DNA from: a virus
Taxonomy: Duplodnaviria > Caudoviricetes
Virus record (IMG/VR): IMGVR_UViG_3300048848_000033
Coordinates: 1-42,876 of that record
Length of the DNA: 42,876 nt
Direction: 5' to 3' (one strand)
This document shows positions 1-8,815 of the stretch, piece after piece. Under the pieces are notes generated by a model. The model made no database searches. It was not told the DNA's origin and worked only from the letters and a program-made list of their open reading frames with translations. Each line of letters begins with the position of its first letter. Position 1 is the first letter of the stretch. Position numbers and translations under genes: made by a program.

Positions 1-127
1 GGCAGAATTCGAGACGTGGCTGCGCCGCGAGCAGCGCAAGCCGGAGCGATGAATTTCCCCAGCGGTTTACCCAACCACCCCGAAACCCGCGCCAGGCCTT
101 GCGCTTCGATCCCGGTTCGGGGCACCA
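1..127 (+). repeat. 127-bp exact direct repeat, copy 1 (xis 3' end, phage arm, att core)
   Basis: Identical to 42423-42549; the copies diverge immediately after ...GGGGCACCA. Confidence 0.97.
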
Positions 128-277
128 CCCGCATTTTTCGCCTTACCCTCCATTCCCGCTTGTCCCGCACAAATCGTTCAGAATCAGCGGGTTAGCATGG
201 CTTTATCGGCGGCAAGTGGGCCGCCGTTATTCGGGATTCCCGCCATTCCATGCGATGATTCCCCAGGAATTTACACA
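55..277 (+). promoter_or_regulatory. Putative integrase arm-type sites flanking the core
   Basis: TTCCCCAGcggTTTACCCA (55-73) and TTCCCCAGgaaTTTACACA (259-277), each preceded by GCGATGA. Confidence 0.55.
105..127 (+). other. att core (attP-like junction) matching the 3' end of a tRNA, probably tRNA-Leu
   Basis: TTCGATCCCGGTTCGGGGCACCA = T-loop, 3' T-stem, acceptor strand, discriminator A, CCA; no 5' tRNA half upstream; phage DNA on both sides. Confidence 0.8.
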
Positions 278-290
278 CCGTGGGGAGTCA

Positions 291-1232
291 ATGGCGTCGA
301 TACAGCCAGTCAACGGGAAGTACCGCGCGCAGGTGGCGGTCAAGGGCGTTCGCAAGTCGGCCATGTTCGACAAGGAGCGGGACGCGATCAAGTGGGCGGC
401 CAAGACAGAGGCCGAGATCAAAGCCGGCGCCGAACTGGGGAAGACCTTCGGGGAGGCCGTGGCGAAGTACAAGGAAACGGTCAGCTCCACCAAGGACCAT
501 CCCGAAGCCGAAGGCCGACGCCTGGCCGACATGTCCAGGTTCTTCAAGGACGAGACGCCCATACGCGACATAGACTCCGAGGCGATAGGCCGCTGGCGAG
601 ATCACCGTCTGAAGACCGTGAGTGGGTCCACTGTGGTCCGCGAGGCGAACCTGCTGCGAAACGTGTTCCTCACGGCAATGCGTGAGTGGCGATGGATCGA
701 CACCAACCCGTTCAAGGGGGTGCGCCTGCCCAAGGAGGCGCCCGCGCGGCACCAGGTGTGGGGCTGGCGTGACATTCACCGCGTCCTTCGCCAGGACAGG
801 GGGCCACGCACGAACGAGATGATCCGAGCTTTCCACATCTGCCTGCACACCGCCCTGCGGCTCAAAGAGGTGCTGGGCGCGACCTACGACGCTCGACGGC
901 GCGTTCTGGTCCTGGGCAAGACCAAGACGACCAGACCAGGCGAAGTGGTGGAAGTGCCGGTCACCCGTCGCGCCGCGCGGGTGCTTCCCGCGCTCATGGC
1001 CGAGCCATTCACGGTCGGCCCGAATCTGGGTAGCGTGCTGTTCAGCAAGATGACCGACCAGATGCTGATCGATGGGCTGACCTTCCATGACAGCCGAGCA
1101 ACAGCCCTCACACTGCTGGCCAGGCGAATGGACGTGATGACCCTGGCCCGGATCAGCCGCCACAAGGACTTGAAGATACTCTTGAGCACGTACTACCGAG
1201 AGTCCGCCGAGAAGATATCCGCTCGCCTTTGA
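291..1232 (+). CDS. int: Tyrosine recombinase / phage integrase
   Basis: ATG 291 after GGAG; catalytic R (TALRLKE), HxxR (FHDSRA), and H...Y (RHKD...STYY) motifs; N-terminal arm-binding-like segment. Confidence 0.93.
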   Translation: MASIQPVNGKYRAQVAVKGVRKSAMFDKERDAIKWAAKTEAEIKAGAELGKTFGEAVAKYKETVSSTKDHPEAEGRRLADMSRFFKDETPIRDIDSEAIGRWRDHRLKTVSGSTVVREANLLRNVFLTAMREWRWIDTNPFKGVRLPKEAPARHQVWGWRDIHRVLRQDRGPRTNEMIRAFHICLHTALRLKEVLGATYDARRRVLVLGKTKTTRPGEVVEVPVTRRAARVLPALMAEPFTVGPNLGSVLFSKMTDQMLIDGLTFHDSRATALTLLARRMDVMTLARISRHKDLKILLSTYYRESAEKISARL

Positions 1233-1265
1233 AGAAAAGGCCCCGGACCTTCCCGCCCGGGGCCT
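1231..1265 (-). terminator. Rho-independent terminator between convergent int and late operon
   Basis: AGGCCCCGG/CCGGGGCCT 9-bp stem (1238-1265) followed by TTTCTTC on the minus strand. Confidence 0.8.
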
Positions 1266-1307
1266 GTGAAGATCGGGTTTAGCCGATCAGGGAGACACCC
1301 CGCGAAA

Positions 1308-1685
1308 TCAGGTCAGCGTCACGAAGTTGCTTTCCGGTGGGTCGCGGTAGAGGTCCGCGATGTTGATCACCAAGCCGTTGCCATCGGGGTGCGGTCTTGC
1401 GCGGGGCAGCACCCTGCCCTCCGCCCTCGTCGCCCGGATGGTCGTGAAGCCCATGTCGCGCAGCTTGTCGCGGAAGGCAAGCCACAGAATCCGGGCGCTG
1501 ATGTCCGACGCCTCTCCCGCCTTCGTGCGCGCCAGCCCATGGACCCACACCTCCGTCGGCCTGTCCTCGTCCCAGTTGATGTGGCAGAGCATCAGGTAGT
1601 CGGCCAGCGGGGGCGATGCCGGGTCGGGGTAGAAGCGCACGATGGCGCTGCGGGTGCCTTGCGGCATCAGTTGCACGCGGATCAT
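1308..1685 (-). CDS. Hypothetical protein, possible GNAT-like fold
   Basis: ATGA overlap with the Rz stop; ends just before the terminator; VWVHGL...LWLAFRDKLRDMGFTTIRA pattern. Confidence 0.65.
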   Translation of the reverse strand: MIRVQLMPQGTRSAIVRFYPDPASPPLADYLMLCHINWDEDRPTEVWVHGLARTKAGEASDISARILWLAFRDKLRDMGFTTIRATRAEGRVLPRARPHPDGNGLVINIADLYRDPPESNFVTLT

Positions 1686-2206
1686 GGCGTCAGGGCATCC
1701 ATGGAGCGCTCGCAGCTGAGGCCGGCGCCGTGGGCGGCGTCAACTGCTTTTGCCAGCTCTCCCGCCAGCGCGTCAGCCCGTCCGAACAGGTCGGCGAGCA
1801 CCACGATGGGAGGGGCGGCTGTCTCGACTCGGCCGGCAACGCCGGGATGCGAGGGCACGTTGGCGCCGGATCTGGCGTCAGCGACGAAGGCGGCGAGTTG
1901 CCCGCGCAGGCCGTCAGCAGCACGGTCAGCGCGAGCAGCGGCAGCCACCGCGGTTCGACGTTGTTCTTGGGCATTGGCGATCTCCTTTTGCTTGGCGGCC
2001 TCCCGCCGTGCTTCCTCTTCACGGTTGACCTCGGACTGGCGCAGCGTGGCGCGCGCTCGGGCCAGATCTGCCTGGTCCCACTTCGACTGCACCGCAGCGC
2101 TTCCGCGCTCGTAGCCGCGCGCCTCGATGCTGTTGGTCCACCATTGCAGGCCAGCCAGCACGAGCGTGGCGAGGCCAGCCCAGGCGAGGACGCGGACCCA
2201 GTTCAC
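1682..2206 (-). CDS. Rz: Rz-like i-spanin (DUF2514-like)
   Basis: N-terminal TM then Ala-rich coiled coil, C-terminal AGLSCERS; follows endolysin; GTG 2206 has GGAGG (alternative start 2218). Confidence 0.88.
   Translation of the reverse strand: MNWVRVLAWAGLATLVLAGLQWWTNSIEARGYERGSAAVQSKWDQADLARARATLRQSEVNREEEARREAAKQKEIANAQEQRRTAVAAAARADRAADGLRGQLAAFVADARSGANVPSHPGVAGRVETAAPPIVVLADLFGRADALAGELAKAVDAAHGAGLSCERSMDALTP
1690..1974 (-). CDS. Rz1: Rz1-like o-spanin lipoprotein embedded in Rz in another frame
   Basis: Signal peptide with lipobox LLTAC, Pro-rich mature part with Cys residues; lies fully within Rz. Confidence 0.85.
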   Translation of the reverse strand: MPKNNVEPRWLPLLALTVLLTACAGNSPPSSLTPDPAPTCPRIPALPAESRQPPLPSWCSPTCSDGLTRWRESWQKQLTPPTAPASAASAPWMP

Positions 2207-2273
2207 CTCCACCTCCACAGTTCACGAGGGCAAGATGCCGCGCAGTGGCCCTCTCTGCCGTAGGCGGTGCATC

Positions 2274-2708
2274 TCACGACAGAAACAGGTCGCGCTCGTC
2301 GGCGCGCCGCCTCGTCAAGCCCGGCATCTCGCGCCCGCCCGCCTTGTTCCACCGCAGGAACTGCGCAGCCGCGCCGGCGTAGTCCCCCATGTTCAGCAGG
2401 CGCAGCAGCGTGGACGAGCGAAACGCGCCGGCTCCGATGTTGAATACCAGGCTCACCAGAGCATCAAACCGGTTCTGCGTCAGCGGCACCCTCACCGCTG
2501 CCGTGATCGCGGCCTCGGCCGTGGCCAAGTCTTCGGCCAAGTACCGCATGGCCTGCTCTCGGGTAATGCGGTCGCCAGGCCTCACGCCGCCCGTGTGGCC
2601 GACGCCAATGGTCCATGGGTCGCCGCCAGTTCCGGGATCGGGATAGGCGACCAAGCGCAGCCCCTCATGCGCTGCGATCCTTTCACGGCCTTCGTCAGAG
2701 GTTTTCAT
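2274..2708 (-). CDS. Endolysin, GH24 lysozyme
   Basis: HEGLRLVAYPDPGT...WTIGVG (E-D-T triad), FDALVSLVFNIG, GLTRRRADE. Confidence 0.95.
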   Translation of the reverse strand: MKTSDEGRERIAAHEGLRLVAYPDPGTGGDPWTIGVGHTGGVRPGDRITREQAMRYLAEDLATAEAAITAAVRVPLTQNRFDALVSLVFNIGAGAFRSSTLLRLLNMGDYAGAAAQFLRWNKAGGREMPGLTRRRADERDLFLS

Positions 2709-3022
2709 CGGTGCGGCTCCAGTGGGCCGGGGATGGTTGCCGATGGCGGCGGCTCATCCCCGTGCACGCTGCGCCAAGCGGCGCGGCTGGCCAGCAGTTC
2801 GGCCAGGACGTAGACGCCGACCAGCAGAGATGCATAGCCGGGCCATTCGTGGATCAGGGGGCGCAGGGCAGAGCCGGCCATGGCGCCGACTCCGAGGCCG
2901 TGGGCCAACTGCACCGCGAAGCGGACGTTCTTGCCCATGGCGTTCAGTCGGCACAGAAGGATGACGATGCTGGCCGTGCACAAGGCGGCGTTCGCCAGTG
3001 CGATTAGGTGCTGTTCGATCAT
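2705..3022 (-). CDS. Holin-like membrane protein (~3 TM)
   Basis: Hydrophobic segments; ATGA-coupled to endolysin. Confidence 0.7.
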   Translation of the reverse strand: MIEQHLIALANAALCTASIVILLCRLNAMGKNVRFAVQLAHGLGVGAMAGSALRPLIHEWPGYASLLVGVYVLAELLASRAAWRSVHGDEPPPSATIPGPLEPHR

Positions 3023-3420
3023 CGGTCGCTCCCTCGCATGCGGACCAACACATCAAGCAGCCGGCCGGATCGCCGCGCAAACCAACCGATGACCTCAGGC
3101 CAGTTGTCGCCAACCAGCCCGATCAAGAAGGCGATAGGCGCCAGCAGAGCGCGCTCGGTCAGCGATGGGTGGGCCCCGGCCAACAGCGCGGAGAGGCCGA
3201 CCGTGACCATGGTGGCCAGGCCGCAGACACGCAGAAAAAAGAACACCGCGTTCGTGCGCGTAGCCTTCTCGCGCCGGATGAGCGAAAAGGACGCACCGAC
3301 TGCAGCGGTGACGACGATCACGACGTAAGGCCCGATGATTGCCGCCGCTTCTCGACCAAACATGATGGTCGAGAAGAAGACAAACAGGCCAACGACATCG
3401 GTAACCCCGCTCTGGTTCAC
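3019..3420 (-). CDS. Holin/antiholin-like membrane protein (~4 TM)
   Basis: Hydrophobic helices and basic C-terminus; coupled between tailspike and second holin-like gene. Confidence 0.68.
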   Translation of the reverse strand: MNQSGVTDVVGLFVFFSTIMFGREAAAIIGPYVVIVVTAAVGASFSLIRREKATRTNAVFFFLRVCGLATMVTVGLSALLAGAHPSLTERALLAPIAFLIGLVGDNWPEVIGWFARRSGRLLDVLVRMRGSDR

Positions 3421-5399
3421 GGGAGCACCAGCAAGCCAGACAGCACCAGCACCGCACCATTGGCCCCGGGGTAGCCGTTGTCGTACCTGCGGAGCTGGAG
3501 AACCCCTGCGTTCATCAGTCCCATGACCGACACACCGGTCACGACCGTTTCCCGCCCGCTGAGGCTTCCGCTCACCACAGGGAAAGGTAGCGACACGGTG
3601 ATGACACCGGCCCCTGTTCCGTTGTTGATGATCTCCACAGTCAGCGACACGAGAACGAACTTGCCCATGCGCTGGTAGACCATGGTCGCGTTCGAAGACG
3701 TGATCGCCCCGCCAGCTGCGCCAATGACAGGGGCGAACGACTCAACCTCGATCCGCGACAGCAGCGAGGTGCTGTTGCCGTTGACGTAGACCAGCTTCTT
3801 GCAGCTGTTGCCCTGCACGATCATCGTGGCCGTGGGCTTGTCCAGGTAGATGTCGTGCGTGCCTGCGGTGCTCTGAAAGATGTTGTCCTTGACCGTGGCG
3901 GCGGCCAGGTCCACCACCGGGCCAAGGTTGACCGCGTTGCGCGCGACGTAGCCGAACACGTTGGCGTTCACCGTCAGAATCATCCCTCCCGTGATCGGCC
4001 CGCTAGTCAGCGCGTTGACCGCATCGCAGGCGATGTTCTGGAAGTTGTTCGCGGTGATGCTGACGTTTTTGCCATCAGCGATCCAAACCGCCCCATTGCT
4101 CGGGGCGGCGGCGTTGTAGCCGATGTCTGAGAAGTCGTTGCCGACGATTTGCACCCCAGCCGTCAGTTGCAGGAGGATGCCCAGGCCGCCAGTTGCTTCG
4201 GACCCGGACCCGGAGGCACGGCCGGTAGCCGTGAATTTGTTCCCCGAGATCAGGACTTTGTCTGTCTTGAACTCGTCTACCCACTGGTACATGTGGATGC
4301 CGCCGCCGTAGGTAGCTTCCAGCGTGTTGCTCGACACGACCCCCGACACCGCGCCGATGAGCACGATCCCGCCACCGCCGTGGGAAACGTTGGCGCAGTT
4401 GACGTAGTTGCCGGTGATCGTGAAACCCGTCACGTAGGGCGATCCGGCTACGTCGTTCACCAACGCGATGTTGTCGTCGGCGTTGTCCAAGCAGATGTTG
4501 TTGGAAACGATGATCTGACTTGCGCCGTCAGCAATGTGGATGCCGTCTGCGAGGCAGTTCTTCACCGTGTTCTTGGTGACGATCACTTCGCTGACGTTCT
4601 GCAGCCACATGCCGGCAGAAGCGATGCCACTGACGTGGCAATCCTGGATGATCGTGCCCTTGATGTGCTTCGTGTCGTTGAACACGCAGATGCCGAAGCC
4701 GCTGTCTCCACGAACCAGGCCAGAACCCTGCATGACGATGCGCAGGCCGCGCGCCTGGAACCCGTCTTCTGTTGCCCGGATGCAGTGGAAGTAGTTCGCG
4801 CTTGGCTTGGGGTACAGGATCGTCGCCCCGTAGCCCTCGATGTGCGTGTTCGGCGAGGTGAAAGCCAAGCTGTCCACCACGGTGTAGGTCTTGCCCGGCG
4901 TCAAACGCAGGGTCTTGCCGGCTGCAGCGTTGGCGGCTTCTTGAAGGCTTGGGAAGTCGTCGGCGCTGACGATCTCGCGCGCCTTCGCGAGCATCGTGCG
5001 CACGACTGCGTTGTAGCCGTCCTGCTGGAATGACACCATGTTGGCGCCCTTGCCCGTACCGACTGCCAGAAGATCAGACCGAAGCCCGTTGATCAGGCTT
5101 GCTACGCTGAACTCCTGCGAGGATTTGGCGTAGAGAACTTGCACTTTCGTGGAGCTGCGCACCGTCATGGAATGGTTGGTCGCAGCGAACACGAAGGCTG
5201 GTGTTCCGCTGCGGGCAATCATCCCGTTCTTGGTGCGCAGCGGCTGCGCTGCGGGCTGCGTCAGGGCCGAGTCCCAATACACCGTGATCGGGGACGTTTC
5301 CGGGTTCTGGTTCTCCGCACCAACGTAGACATAGCCCGCATCCAGCGGCCGGCCGTCCAACTCGAAGAACTGCGGATAGGGGGACTCGATTGCGAGCAT
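3417..5399 (-). CDS. Tailspike: N-terminal head-binding domain plus right-handed beta-helix (pectate-lyase-like)
   Basis: N-terminal PYPQFFELDGRPLDAGYVYVG..NP..QPLRT head-binding motif; repeated I.xxN.. beta-helix rungs; P22 gene 9 position. Confidence 0.9.
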   Translation of the reverse strand: MLAIESPYPQFFELDGRPLDAGYVYVGAENQNPETSPITVYWDSALTQPAAQPLRTKNGMIARSGTPAFVFAATNHSMTVRSSTKVQVLYAKSSQEFSVASLINGLRSDLLAVGTGKGANMVSFQQDGYNAVVRTMLAKAREIVSADDFPSLQEAANAAAGKTLRLTPGKTYTVVDSLAFTSPNTHIEGYGATILYPKPSANYFHCIRATEDGFQARGLRIVMQGSGLVRGDSGFGICVFNDTKHIKGTIIQDCHVSGIASAGMWLQNVSEVIVTKNTVKNCLADGIHIADGASQIIVSNNICLDNADDNIALVNDVAGSPYVTGFTITGNYVNCANVSHGGGGIVLIGAVSGVVSSNTLEATYGGGIHMYQWVDEFKTDKVLISGNKFTATGRASGSGSEATGGLGILLQLTAGVQIVGNDFSDIGYNAAAPSNGAVWIADGKNVSITANNFQNIACDAVNALTSGPITGGMILTVNANVFGYVARNAVNLGPVVDLAAATVKDNIFQSTAGTHDIYLDKPTATMIVQGNSCKKLVYVNGNSTSLLSRIEVESFAPVIGAAGGAITSSNATMVYQRMGKFVLVSLTVEIINNGTGAGVITVSLPFPVVSGSLSGRETVVTGVSVMGLMNAGVLQLRRYDNGYPGANGAVLVLSGLLVLP

Positions 5400-5407
5400 G
5401 TGTGTCC

Positions 5408-7513
5408 TCAGTGGAGGGTGGGCTGTGGTGCTGGAGGAGCGGTAGGCGCGGGGCCTGGAGCGCGTGGCGGCTTGCTCTGCGTGTCGTTCAGTGCGTCGGA
5501 GATGCGGCGGCGCAGCTTGGCGTCCTTGATGTGGTTCAAGGCGAGGCGGGCGCCCGTGGCAATGGGTGCAGGAACTCCGCTCACGCCACTCAGGCCCAGG
5601 TCAGCAAAGGCCGTCAACAGCGTGGCCGCGGTGTTCGACATGTTCACTCCGGCCTCTGGCGGCACGGTCAGCGTGTACTGCGCAAGGTCGTTGATGTCGC
5701 GCATCTTCTGCGCGCCCTGCTTGCCGAACACGAACTCAAGGCGCCCGTCTGCGTCCAGTTCGCGGATAGCCTTGTCCAGCTTGGCCGGCGACACAACGCG
5801 GCTGCCGGTCGCGTCCGTGGCGACATTGCTGGCCGCCTCGTCGCGGATGTAGCGGGCGGTGGAGCCTTGCAGCTCTTTCCACGCCTGTTGCCCATCCTGT
5901 CCACCGCGCTGCAGGACGCGGCGCACGTTGCGCACGTCGTCCAGGCTGCCCTTCAAGATCGAGTGGCTGAACACGTCCTCCAGAGCGACCTGCCGATCCG
6001 AGGTCCCACGCCGGTTGTTCAGCAGCTTGGCAACGGACGCACGGTCTTCGTAGTTCTGGGCATAGCGTTGCCGAGTGGCGCGAGCTTGCCGGTACAGCGC
6101 CCCGCCCGCGCCCTCGGTGGCCTCATCGACCAGCCCCTTGAGGATGGTTGCTTGCCGGATGTTCGTTGGGTCGATGCCAGCGGCGTTGCTGACCGAGCGG
6201 CGGAACAGTTCGGCGGTCTTGAGTGGCACAGGCCGGGATATGAGTTGCCCGTCTTGTTCGACGGCCATGCCGAGCTGTAGCGCCTTCTGCCGGGCCATCG
6301 TCAGCACCGGAGCCACGGTTGCCTCCGGCGCGTTCTCCACCAGGTGATCGATCACCGACGCCAGCGCGACGGGCGACTCCATTTCGCCGGCCTTCTCGGC
6401 GTTCTTGTAGGCCACGCGAATCTGGGCCTTGTCGCGTGCGGCCTGCTGCACCAGGGCTTTGTCCACAGCGATCCCGGCAGCCCGCAGCGTCGGGGCCTGG
6501 GCGCCCGTCTCATCGATCCAGCTGTCGAAGTTGCTCAGGATGTGGTTGTTCTGAGCGGCCACACGCTCGCGCAGCACGTTGCCCTCGGCCGGCATCTTGG
6601 CCGTCTCGCGCTCGAACTTGAGCTGTGCGGGGTCGCGCGTGGCCTGGCCGCGCGTCAGAGCGGTGTCGCCCGTGAAGCCCAGGGTTTCGGCCGTTGCGCG
6701 CCGTTGGGTTGCCATGTCGGTAGCCGCGGCGTTGACGCTGCCGCGCGTGCCCGGCGTCGGCCGCGTGTCGTCGCGCGTGATGGCCTCCAGCGCACGGCGC
6801 GGCAGGGTCGTTGCCTTGCTAGCGGCCAGGTTGGCGATGCGCGAACCGGCATCGATGCCGCTCGACACCGCAGCAGCCCCGGCCTCGCCCGCTACGGCCC
6901 GCCCAAGGCCTTCTGCGCCAGCGCGGGCTACCACCCCAGCGGGGGCGGCGCTGCGCGCCCCAGCGGCGGCCGGGGCAAGACCAGGCAGGACGGGAGCAAT
7001 CGGGATGACCTGCTGCATCACCTCGCCCATCGCCTGAGCTTGGGATTGGCCAGACGGCGTACGGGGCGCGTAGGTCAGTGCTTGGGCGCCTTGCATAGCC
7101 GACTGCTCCACCATCCGCGCGGCCTCGGGCGTGCCGAACTGGCCGCTCAGAATTTGTTCGGCCATGCCCTTGACGGTGCCGCCGATGGTGCCCAGCGCGC
7201 CGCCAGTGGCGCCTGTGACTGCAGTCAATGCCGCCTCGCCCGTGCCGATGGCCCGGTCGATCAGGCCGACATCGGGCGCGGGCCGAGAGTTGCCGTCCGA
7301 TGCCGGGGCCTGCGGGGCTCCGGTCGTGGGGATCTGCCCGACAGCCGCGGCCGGCTGGTTTGCGGTGCCGGCCAGGTGCGCGATGACCTCGCCGTCCGAG
7401 TAACCGGACTTCTTCGCCGCGGCCAGGTCGAAGCCGTCACGCTGCGCCAGGTGCGAGGCGATCTCGGCGTCGGTGTAGCCGGCTTTGCGGGCGGCTTCGG
7501 TGTCAAACGCCAT
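5408..7513 (-). CDS. Large DNA ejection/internal virion protein (P22 gp16 position)
   Basis: 701 aa, Ala/Gly-rich and helical; duplicated N-terminal FDxxAAxKxGYxDxExxxHLA motif; third ejection gene. Confidence 0.75.
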   Translation of the reverse strand: MAFDTEAARKAGYTDAEIASHLAQRDGFDLAAAKKSGYSDGEVIAHLAGTANQPAAAVGQIPTTGAPQAPASDGNSRPAPDVGLIDRAIGTGEAALTAVTGATGGALGTIGGTVKGMAEQILSGQFGTPEAARMVEQSAMQGAQALTYAPRTPSGQSQAQAMGEVMQQVIPIAPVLPGLAPAAAGARSAAPAGVVARAGAEGLGRAVAGEAGAAAVSSGIDAGSRIANLAASKATTLPRRALEAITRDDTRPTPGTRGSVNAAATDMATQRRATAETLGFTGDTALTRGQATRDPAQLKFERETAKMPAEGNVLRERVAAQNNHILSNFDSWIDETGAQAPTLRAAGIAVDKALVQQAARDKAQIRVAYKNAEKAGEMESPVALASVIDHLVENAPEATVAPVLTMARQKALQLGMAVEQDGQLISRPVPLKTAELFRRSVSNAAGIDPTNIRQATILKGLVDEATEGAGGALYRQARATRQRYAQNYEDRASVAKLLNNRRGTSDRQVALEDVFSHSILKGSLDDVRNVRRVLQRGGQDGQQAWKELQGSTARYIRDEAASNVATDATGSRVVSPAKLDKAIRELDADGRLEFVFGKQGAQKMRDINDLAQYTLTVPPEAGVNMSNTAATLLTAFADLGLSGVSGVPAPIATGARLALNHIKDAKLRRRISDALNDTQSKPPRAPGPAPTAPPAPQPTLH

Positions 7514-7516
7514 GGC

Positions 7517-8815
7517 TCACCGCTGGAAGGAAGACAGCGGCGGGCGTGCGCCGGGTGCTGCGGGCGTGTCGGGCGCGCCCAGCCTCACGCCAGTGCTCTT
7601 CGCAAGGTTCTCGCGGCCCTTGTTCAGCAGTCGGGTGGCTTCGTTCAGGCTGGCCCGGAACTGCGTTTCGGACTGCTTGCGGCTCAAGTTCTGGAACGCC
7701 GCCTGCAACTTCTCGCCTTCCGCGTTGGACAGCGCGCCCATGCCCTTGATGTTGGGGATCTGGGCCAGGAATGCTTGAGACCCCAGCGTGTCGATCAGCG
7801 CCACCGCGTCGGCGCTCTGGTCGTTCGTGAAAGCCGGCAGGCGCCCCTCAATGGCGCCCAGCACGTCATTGAGGCGCGGGTTCTGCTGGATGCGCTGAAT
7901 CGTGTTCAGCATGTTGTCGATGTTGGCGGCGCCGCTCTCGGCCGTGGCCACCTTCTCGCGCAGCTTGTCGTCGCGCTTCGTCACAGCCTCCTGCACCTTC
8001 AGGCCAAGCTCCTGCCGCTTCAGGTCCGTGTCGGCACGGCTGGTGGCTGCGTTCATCGCGGCGATGCGCGAATTCATCTTCGCAATCTCGGTGTCGGCCG
8101 CCCACTTCTTGATCTGTTCCTCGCCCATCTTCAGGTCTTGCACGGCCTTGGACTCAGCGAACTTGGCGCCCACGGTGGCGGTCTTGGCGTCGGCTGTCGC
8201 CTTTTCCAGGGCGGCCGGTTGCAGAGCAACCTTGCGCCCCTCCTCCGCGTCGGCGCGGCTCTCTCCGCCCAGTTTGGCGAAGGTCTCGGCGAACTTGTCT
8301 GGCCCCATGTGCGAGGACAGGCTGAGCGCAATCGATGTCTTGGCGGTGTCGGGATGCTCCTTGATGAGCTTCGCCATCGTCTCGGCTTGCTTTGCAGTGG
8401 CCTCGTCGCCACTGTTCCGCGCCGCGACAGCCTGGTCGCTGAACAGCTGCTCGGCAAGGTCCACGCGCCCGGCCTGGATCGCGGCATAAGCCTGCGTGCC
8501 CTGCTGGAGCTTGGACTGCTGCTGCGCGGTGTTCAGCGTTGCCCAGGATTCGCCGAGCTGCTTGCTCAGTGACGGGTTGCGCGCCATGACGGCGGCGTAG
8601 TCCGCGCCTGTCGCGTTGGGCTTGGTGGAAAGCGAGTAGAGGTCTTGCTGCGTGCGCTGCTGCGCCTGCATGGCCGCCTGCTTTTGTTGCAGCTCAACCT
8701 GTTGCGCTTGCTGCTGGGCCTGAACTTGGTTGATGTCCAGCCCGGTTTTGTAGCCGGCCAAAGCCTGCTGAAATGGGTTGGCGACTTGGAGGGTGTAATC
8801 GAAGGGGCCGGCCAT
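7517..8815 (-). CDS. DNA ejection protein (P22 gp20-like)
   Basis: Gln/Ala-rich coiled coil; C-terminal KGMGALSNAEGEKL motif; position. Confidence 0.78.
   Translation of the reverse strand: MAGPFDYTLQVANPFQQALAGYKTGLDINQVQAQQQAQQVELQQKQAAMQAQQRTQQDLYSLSTKPNATGADYAAVMARNPSLSKQLGESWATLNTAQQQSKLQQGTQAYAAIQAGRVDLAEQLFSDQAVAARNSGDEATAKQAETMAKLIKEHPDTAKTSIALSLSSHMGPDKFAETFAKLGGESRADAEEGRKVALQPAALEKATADAKTATVGAKFAESKAVQDLKMGEEQIKKWAADTEIAKMNSRIAAMNAATSRADTDLKRQELGLKVQEAVTKRDDKLREKVATAESGAANIDNMLNTIQRIQQNPRLNDVLGAIEGRLPAFTNDQSADAVALIDTLGSQAFLAQIPNIKGMGALSNAEGEKLQAAFQNLSRKQSETQFRASLNEATRLLNKGRENLAKSTGVRLGAPDTPAAPGARPPLSSFQR

Noticed and set aside
60-127. Complete tRNA gene
   Set aside because: Only the T-loop-to-CCA end is present; no D or anticodon arm upstream in either copy
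99-290. N-terminal extension of the integrase ORF from TTG 99
   Set aside because: Runs across the att core and arm sites; ATG 291 has a good RBS and a typical integrase N-terminus
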